Origin: a virus | Lineage: Duplodnaviria; Caudoviricetes | DNA length: 64,000 nt | Virus record (IMG/VR): IMGVR_UViG_3300024581_002364 | Span: 4,870-68,869 of that record | Strand: one strand, 5' to 3' | Shown here: positions 58,651 through 64,000 of the stretch, piece after piece | Position numbering within the stretch: the first letter of the stretch is position 1 | Layout: every line of letters begins with the position of its first letter | Made by a program: the position numbers and the translations under genes | Notes under the pieces: generated by a model | Told to the model about the DNA's origin: nothing | Databases searched by the model: none | What the model saw: only the letters and a program-made list of their open reading frames with translations

Positions 58651-59243
58651 TGGCAGTTAGACGTGGTAATACAAAAAGTGAACATTTTGAATGGATAAGC
58701 AATCGTGATTTGGTTGACTCTGCCCATATGCTTATGGGTTCGATTGATCTCGATCCTGCTAGCAGTGCATTTGCTAACAAATACGTCGGTGCAAAAAAAT
58801 ATTACACCCCAACAGATGATGGTTTAAATGATGCGAAATGGCATGGGAATGTCTATTGTTTCCCGCCATCTCAATCTTATTTTTGGGATAAAAAAAATGA
58901 CCGCTGGAAGCCAACGCGAGGATTGTCTCCTACATTAACTTCTGGTCACGCGTTGTGGTTTAGAAATATGAAACGTAAATGGTTAGCGGGAGAATTTGAA
59001 CAGGGTATTTATTTTACAAATTATGTTGATTGCATTATGTACAACCAGGACATGTTTGATTTTCCTATGTGCATCTTAAAAAGTAGGCCTCAACTTATTC
59101 GTCATTATTATGCAGATGATTCTATTGAAAACAGAAATACAGGTGTGAGTTTAATTGTGTATATGCAACCAAGAGACAGGGTGGCTGAAGCTACCGAAGA
59201 ATTTGTCGAGATTTATTCTGAAAAAGGCAGGATTCTCGTCTAA
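58650..59243 (+). CDS. Phage Dam-like DNA adenine methyltransferase homolog with an atypical catalytic motif
   Basis: IDLDPASS...YYT..DDGL...W.GNVYCFPPS (canonical NPPY replaced). Confidence 0.7.
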   Translation: MAVRRGNTKSEHFEWISNRDLVDSAHMLMGSIDLDPASSAFANKYVGAKKYYTPTDDGLNDAKWHGNVYCFPPSQSYFWDKKNDRWKPTRGLSPTLTSGHALWFRNMKRKWLAGEFEQGIYFTNYVDCIMYNQDMFDFPMCILKSRPQLIRHYYADDSIENRNTGVSLIVYMQPRDRVAEATEEFVEIYSEKGRILV

Positions 59244-59266
59244 GATATTTAAACTTAGGCAAGGCA

Positions 59267-59851
59267 ATGTCTGTATTAAGCGACAAGGAGATCCGCAAAT
59301 TAGCAGAGGAAGGGATGATTACTCCTTTCCAAGATCACCTTATTAATAAGGAGAATGATGTCCCTGTTCTCAGCTATGGACTTAGCTCCTATGGTTATGA
59401 CATTCGTTTGTCACCTAACCAGTGTCTTTTATTCGGCGGTGTCCAACACGGAATGTGTGATGCCAAAAATTTTGATCCTGAAATTTTAAAGGAGACCGAA
59501 CTCCATGAAGACGAGCGAGGAAAGTATTTTATTATCCCTCCTTTTGGCTATTGCCTTGGCGTTGCTGTTGAACATCTGGCTTTACCCAGAGACGTTACCG
59601 TTGTTGCCGTAGGTAAAAGTACATACGCTAGGGCAGGAATCATGGCAAACATTACTCCAGCTGAAGCTGGTTGGGAGGGCCATTTAACTTTGGAAATTAG
59701 CAACTGTACTCCACTGTTTAACAAGATTTATGCCAATGAGGGTATTTGCCAACTCTTGTTTTACCAAGGAGAAGAATGTGAGGTGGACTACAAAACACGG
59801 AAAGGTAAATATCAGAACCAGCCGTATGAAGTAGTCTTTAGTAAGGTCTAG
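59267..59851 (+). CDS. dcd: dCTP deaminase
   Basis: SYGLSSYGYDIRL, GKSTYARAGI, PAEAGWEGHLTLEI. Confidence 0.95.
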   Translation: MSVLSDKEIRKLAEEGMITPFQDHLINKENDVPVLSYGLSSYGYDIRLSPNQCLLFGGVQHGMCDAKNFDPEILKETELHEDERGKYFIIPPFGYCLGVAVEHLALPRDVTVVAVGKSTYARAGIMANITPAEAGWEGHLTLEISNCTPLFNKIYANEGICQLLFYQGEECEVDYKTRKGKYQNQPYEVVFSKV

Positions 59852-59854
59852 CGA

Positions 59855-60211
59855 TCAATAATACAATCTATTGGTTGAAGACCTTGGCTTATCTGCATAG
59901 TTAGTTGAGCCAGCCTTGCCGAATCGATCTCCTTCGATAAAAGCAGGTGTTTGTCCTTCACGATTTCTCCATGGACCATCGTATTGACGCTTCCTCTGAA
60001 ACTTTCCAGCTGAGCGAGCTGACTTTAAGAACCTATCAACACGACGCTCTTGCCCTTCGCCTGCTGTGTCCGCAGCATACGCAGTTTCCCTTACATCCTC
60101 TGGAAGCCTACGAATGTCTACGCCATAGGCACGCCCAGGGTTGAGATCGTTTACATCGCCGCCTGAAGAGCCTGCGTCAAGGAGTTTATCGTAATTCTTT
60201 GAATATGCCAT
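59855..60211 (-). CDS. Hypothetical protein
   Basis: 118 aa with TATAAT upstream. Confidence 0.55.
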   Translation of the reverse strand: MAYSKNYDKLLDAGSSGGDVNDLNPGRAYGVDIRRLPEDVRETAYAADTAGEGQERRVDRFLKSARSAGKFQRKRQYDGPWRNREGQTPAFIEGDRFGKAGSTNYADKPRSSTNRLYY

Positions 60212-60249
60212 ATTAGAATTATAGGTAATACAAATCGGCTTTTTATATC

Positions 60250-60624
60250 ATGGATTTTTTATCTGCCTTTATGGAAGGTAATGATGAATTAAAACAACGG
60301 ATGACTACTTTGGATACGTTTGGTCAACCATTAGATAATGAAGCTAATGATGTTCCTTTGTACGATGAATATAATCGTGGATTGACATTGACTCAACAAG
60401 ATATGTCAGATAGAGTTAATTTAAGTATTGATCCAAGGGCACAACCCCGATGCGGACTAACGGGAATGATTCCAAGTGCAGAGATGGGAATCATGCAGGG
60501 AGCAGAACCTCAGCCGAGACAATTAGTAGTGGACATGGGTCAACTGGCTCCGGAAGAAATGGAAGTAGCAATGAACAAGCAACGGAAACTGAGAACTGGT
60601 TTCAACCGGTCGGGTCTGATGTAA
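60250..60624 (+). CDS. Hypothetical protein
   Basis: 124 aa, TAGAAT 30 nt upstream. Confidence 0.65.
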   Translation: MDFLSAFMEGNDELKQRMTTLDTFGQPLDNEANDVPLYDEYNRGLTLTQQDMSDRVNLSIDPRAQPRCGLTGMIPSAEMGIMQGAEPQPRQLVVDMGQLAPEEMEVAMNKQRKLRTGFNRSGLM

Positions 60625-60893
60625 GTGAAGTAGAGATTAATGATTGTCCAGGGGGTGTATGCCCTGTCCCCTGGGCAAAGAAAGAAAAAGATAATGTTAA
60701 CCACCCGGCTCATTACACCGAAGGAAGTATTGAGTGTATTGAAGCCATCGAAGCGCAATTAACACCAGAAGAATATAGAGGCTACCTAAAAGGTAATTGC
60801 GTAAAGTATTTGTGGAGAGAAAAGTATAAAGGGGGTATTGAGTCATTACAAAAAGCTCAATGGTATTTAAATAAATTATTGGATTTAAAATAA
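60450..60893 (+). CDS. DUF3310 (T7 gp1.7-like nucleotide kinase) protein
   Basis: DNVNHPAHYT.GSIECIEAI...GYLKGNCVKYLWR...K.GIE.L.KA.WYL. Confidence 0.88.
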   Translation: MRTNGNDSKCRDGNHAGSRTSAETISSGHGSTGSGRNGSSNEQATETENWFQPVGSDVSEVEINDCPGGVCPVPWAKKEKDNVNHPAHYTEGSIECIEAIEAQLTPEEYRGYLKGNCVKYLWREKYKGGIESLQKAQWYLNKLLDLK

Positions 60894-60914
60894 GAATAAA
60901 ATAGGTTTCTATTT

Positions 60915-61541
60915 ATGGCTTCAGAAGTTACTATTCCTGGATTTCCTACTCCTTCTAGACCTGTAAACAGAGTTAAAGTATCAGTTGCAAAATCTAAAAG
61001 GGACCAAGCTAAGTCTTCAGTGAAAGCTGCTAAATCAAAGGTTTCATCTTTAAAGGCAGGTAAAAAAACTGCAACGGGTACGGCTAAGAAAAAAGCCGCT
61101 GCAAAACTTAAAACAGCAAAAGCTGGTTTAGCAGAACGTAAAACTAATTTAAAAACTGCTAAGAAAAATTTACAAGCTGCTCGTAAAACTAAACCCGGTA
61201 CACCCACTGGCCCTCGTCCAACTCGTCCGACAAAACCTCGTCCAGGGACCCCCGATGGTCCTACAATAATGGTACCTAAAGGTACAACGCGTAAATACGA
61301 TACCTATTATCCGTCAGGGTCCCGTGGTCCTAGAGGTCCCCGTGGTACAAACGTTGCAACAGGTGGGCCTATGCTACCTGCAAGTAAAACAAAAGGTCCT
61401 AAGAAAACTGCAACAGGTGGGCCTATGCTACCAGCAAGTAAAACAAAAGGACCTAAGAAAGTTTATAATGAGAAACCTATGAGACCTAATCGCAAGGGTA
61501 AAACAACCCGTGGTCGTAAAACTGTTGCAAAGCGTCGGTAA
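60915..61541 (+). CDS. Lys/Pro/Arg-rich histone H1-like protein
   Basis: Highly basic, AK repeats, ATGGPMLPASKTKGPKK x2. Confidence 0.7.
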   Translation: MASEVTIPGFPTPSRPVNRVKVSVAKSKRDQAKSSVKAAKSKVSSLKAGKKTATGTAKKKAAAKLKTAKAGLAERKTNLKTAKKNLQAARKTKPGTPTGPRPTRPTKPRPGTPDGPTIMVPKGTTRKYDTYYPSGSRGPRGPRGTNVATGGPMLPASKTKGPKKTATGGPMLPASKTKGPKKVYNEKPMRPNRKGKTTRGRKTVAKRR

Positions 61542-61674
61542 TGGCTAATCCAGATTATTATGATCTGCGCAAATTACGCTCGTTGGTAGAAAAGCCTAAG
61601 GGTAAACCAAAGGCTAATCCAAACACGAGCGTATTTAATAAAACAACGGAACCTAAGAAAAAAAAGAAGAAAGA

Positions 61675-61992
61675 CTAGTCGCGTTGTCGCCAGTCATCTG
61701 TTTTTTCTCTAGTGAACCATTCAACAATTTCTTCCGCACTGGCAAAACCGGTGCGGTGATTTTGTGGATCTGGATCACCTAAATCCATGGCGTTCATAAA
61801 ACTATCCAGACTATCTTTAACCATGTCTGGGTTGTTTGCAATACGCCTTGCTTTACGCATCATCTCACCAGCAGATCTGTTGGCTTTTGCTAACTTTTCT
61901 GCCCAAATCATATCCTTGAGCTGAACTTCTTCGTTCTTTGCAATCCTGCTACAGATGTACTCAAGACGCAGTCGATATTCAGTTGATAACAC
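61675..61992 (-). CDS. Conserved cyanophage hypothetical protein
   Basis: MLSTEYRLRLE.IC..I...EEV.L.DMIWAEKLAKAN...DLGDPDP motif, which I recognise from cyanophages. Confidence 0.7.
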   Translation of the reverse strand: MLSTEYRLRLEYICSRIAKNEEVQLKDMIWAEKLAKANRSAGEMMRKARRIANNPDMVKDSLDSFMNAMDLGDPDPQNHRTGFASAEEIVEWFTREKTDDWRQRD

Positions 61993-62001
61993 TGGTTTAC
62001 C

Positions 62002-62337
62002 TCAACCAAAGAAAGGCTGAGAATCGTCTTCATCCTCAAGAAGATCTTCTTGGCTCATCATTGTTAAAGCCAGCTGAGCAAGTTCAATATCAGTAGGGAT
62101 ATCAAACTCCATCTCAATATCTTCTGCTTGGAGCATGTCTTTGATGGCTTGAAGCTCCATCAACCGTTTGTGATAAAGATTAAGAAGAGCAAGACGTAAT
62201 TGATCCCACGTCATCTCTTGTGAGGCGATTTCAGCCTTTCGTATTGCTAATTGGAGATGCAAAGGCATATCCATTTCTCTCATTTTATCGAAACCGCCCA
62301 TTTGAATATGAATCAGCTTTAAACATTCTAAGTCCAA
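62002..62337 (-). CDS. nblA: NblA-like phycobilisome degradation protein with an acidic C-terminal extension
   Basis: MPLHLQLAIR...QEMTWDQLRLALLNLYH...KDML matches NblA L.LEQQF.IR...Q.MS.DQA..FLV.LYEQ; true start probably at 62301 or 62274. Confidence 0.7.
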   Translation of the reverse strand: MDLECLKLIHIQMGGFDKMREMDMPLHLQLAIRKAEIASQEMTWDQLRLALLNLYHKRLMELQAIKDMLQAEDIEMEFDIPTDIELAQLALTMMSQEDLLEDEDDSQPFFG

Positions 62338-62993
62338 GCAGTAAAAATGGACCGTAATTCTTCTTCCGTAAAATCCCTAATTTCTCCTTCACTGGAATTA
62401 AAATTATTAGCAAATTCTGACAAAGTATATGGATCAATTCTTTCTTGTAATTCACGTATTGCTTTTACTTGTTTAGAACTTGCTTCATAATTTCTAAAGG
62501 CAGCAAGAAGAATATCGTCTCCGCTCACCATAGATTCATAGCTTTCTTCTAAGAACAACCTTGCTTCTTTGCGTCTGCGATCCAGCAATCCACCAATAAC
62601 CTTGTGGTTTTCATCGAAAATCCACTTGTTCATTTCATGGGCTACTGCGACATAATTTTCATTCTCACAGTAATCAATAATGTTGCTATAAAGAAAAGGT
62701 TTCCAACCGACTGAATGGATAAAAGAGATTAACGCATTTTCCATAGATCGGTCTAAACCGAGATTTTGACCTTCTAGTTCATCAGCAATAACCCGTACTT
62801 CATATAGAAGGTACTCCAAGGCTTTTTCCTTGGTGCAACAATGACCTTTCTTTACAGGAGTGCCATCTGGATAATAGGTAGTGCCATAACCAACAGTATA
62901 TGGTTCGCCGCCAGTTGATGGATCAGCAAAAGCTCTTTCATTAAAACCTTCAAAGGTTTTAATAAGCTTTAAAGCTTCGCTATATGGATACAT
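62328..62993 (-). CDS. GH24 phage lysozyme
   Basis: LIKTFEG...YTVGYGTTYYPDG...ALISF..SVG...GLLDRRRKEA.LF. Confidence 0.9.
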   Translation of the reverse strand: MYPYSEALKLIKTFEGFNERAFADPSTGGEPYTVGYGTTYYPDGTPVKKGHCCTKEKALEYLLYEVRVIADELEGQNLGLDRSMENALISFIHSVGWKPFLYSNIIDYCENENYVAVAHEMNKWIFDENHKVIGGLLDRRRKEARLFLEESYESMVSGDDILLAAFRNYEASSKQVKAIRELQERIDPYTLSEFANNFNSSEGEIRDFTEEELRSIFTAWT

Positions 62994-63367
62994 AAACTAG
63001 CGGCATATCCAACTAGTTTATATTATTTTCCTTGTCCACGATGTTTTTTGCGACCATGATTTTGCTTTGAATGTTTTCCTTGTCCTTGACGCGTTTTTTT
63101 AGGAGTGCCTACAACGTAGCCACCGCCCTTAAGATTTTTGCTCATGCATCTAAAGAAGCTTCACATAAGATACTAAACAAAAATAGTTTTAACTGTTGAT
63201 AGTTAACCTGTTCTTCTGGTGGCCTACGTGGTGAACCAGGCCACATTTCTATTGCATCACATACAGCTTTATATAGGGTTCTAGTATCTTCTAAAGAAAG
63301 ATCAAAATTTACGCTAATCAATTAATTGTACCTGCGATAGAATTTATTTAAATAATAGTATCAAGTA

Positions 63368-64000
63368 ATGGCGGCAACTTCGAGGGGTGGGCGTAAACCT
63401 CAAACACAACAACGTAAAACTGCAAAAGCTACTAAAAATAAAGCTAAGGCTTCAATAAAAGCTACTAAATCATCAGTAAAAGCTAATAAAGCAAAAACCA
63501 AGGCTTCAATAAAAGCTACTAAATCATCAGTAAAAGCTAATAAGCCCAAGGTTAGGGTCAAGCCAGATGGCCGTCTAAGCAAAATAACTAAACCAAAACC
63601 TGGCGTCAAAAAGAAAACGAGATGGTCGGCCCCCTACAATGACGGCGGCGGTCGTTATCTACAAGCAGTTGACACAATCAAAACAAATAAAGCTGGTAAA
63701 AAAGTTAAAACCACTATCAATAAAGTAAATGATAATAAACTTGTTACTACTTACAATCCAAACAAAGAAGGTAGATCGGTTACTCGTAAATTGGATCCTG
63801 TAACAGGTAAAATCAAGAAAATTACTTATACAGTTACAAATCCTGATGGTACCAAGCAGCGCACTGAACATCCCGGAAGCAGTTTGGTAACAAAAGCAAA
63901 GAATAGAATTAAAAAAGCTACTACTGAAACCAAAGGTTTAGCAGGTAAACATAAGCGTTTGGTAGAACGTAGACAAGAACGTATGAAGCAAGATTTACCA
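63368..64000 (+). CDS. Lys/Ala-rich histone H1-like protein (runs off the window; not in ORF track)
   Basis: MAATSRGGRKPQ...KASIKATKSSVKANK x2; TAGAAT 24 nt upstream; frame open to 64000. Confidence 0.75.
   Translation, partial: MAATSRGGRKPQTQQRKTAKATKNKAKASIKATKSSVKANKAKTKASIKATKSSVKANKPKVRVKPDGRLSKITKPKPGVKKKTRWSAPYNDGGGRYLQAVDTIKTNKAGKKVKTTINKVNDNKLVTTYNPNKEGRSVTRKLDPVTGKIKKITYTVTNPDGTKQRTEHPGSSLVTKAKNRIKKATTETKGLAGKHKRLVERRQERMKQDLP

Noticed and set aside
60857-61207. Minus-strand Phe/Leu/Ala-rich ORFs opposite the Lys-rich genes (also 63400-63609)
   Set aside because: Antisense mirror of AAA/GCT codons.

Overview
A 64-kb segment of an AT-rich, tailed dsDNA bacteriophage, almost certainly a cyanophage. 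Host markers are NblA-like, CP12-like and DUF4278 genes, a glutamine riboswitch and a DUF5895-like gene. No integrase or repressor is seen in this window. Layout: (1) 1-15.8 kb, minus strand: head and packaging genes (scaffold-like, portal, TerL, probable TerS) and Gly/Ala/Gln-rich probable internal virion proteins. (2) 16.2-16.6 kb: a non-coding pivot. (3) 16.6-34 kb, plus strand: an early/middle module of small ORFs, a PcfJ-like gene, tRNA-Leu(UAA), ThyX, a T7-like family A DNA polymerase, SSB and recombination genes. (4) 34-49 kb: Dps, an Endo VII-type nuclease, a sugar transferase/methyltransferase cluster, an exonuclease and a primase-helicase. (5) 49-64 kb: lysis genes, tail fibres, a DNA MTase-like gene, dCTP deaminase, DUF3310, NblA and Lys-rich proteins. 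The most unusual signals are outside the ORF track. Three families of repeated structured RNA leaders sit in front of early genes, two of them with compensatory base changes. There is also a glutamine riboswitch-DUF4278 cassette, a probable -1 programmed frameshift, a CP12-like mini-gene and a 581-nt dual-coding overlap at the portal 3' end. All family assignments come from motif recognition by eye; no database search was run.
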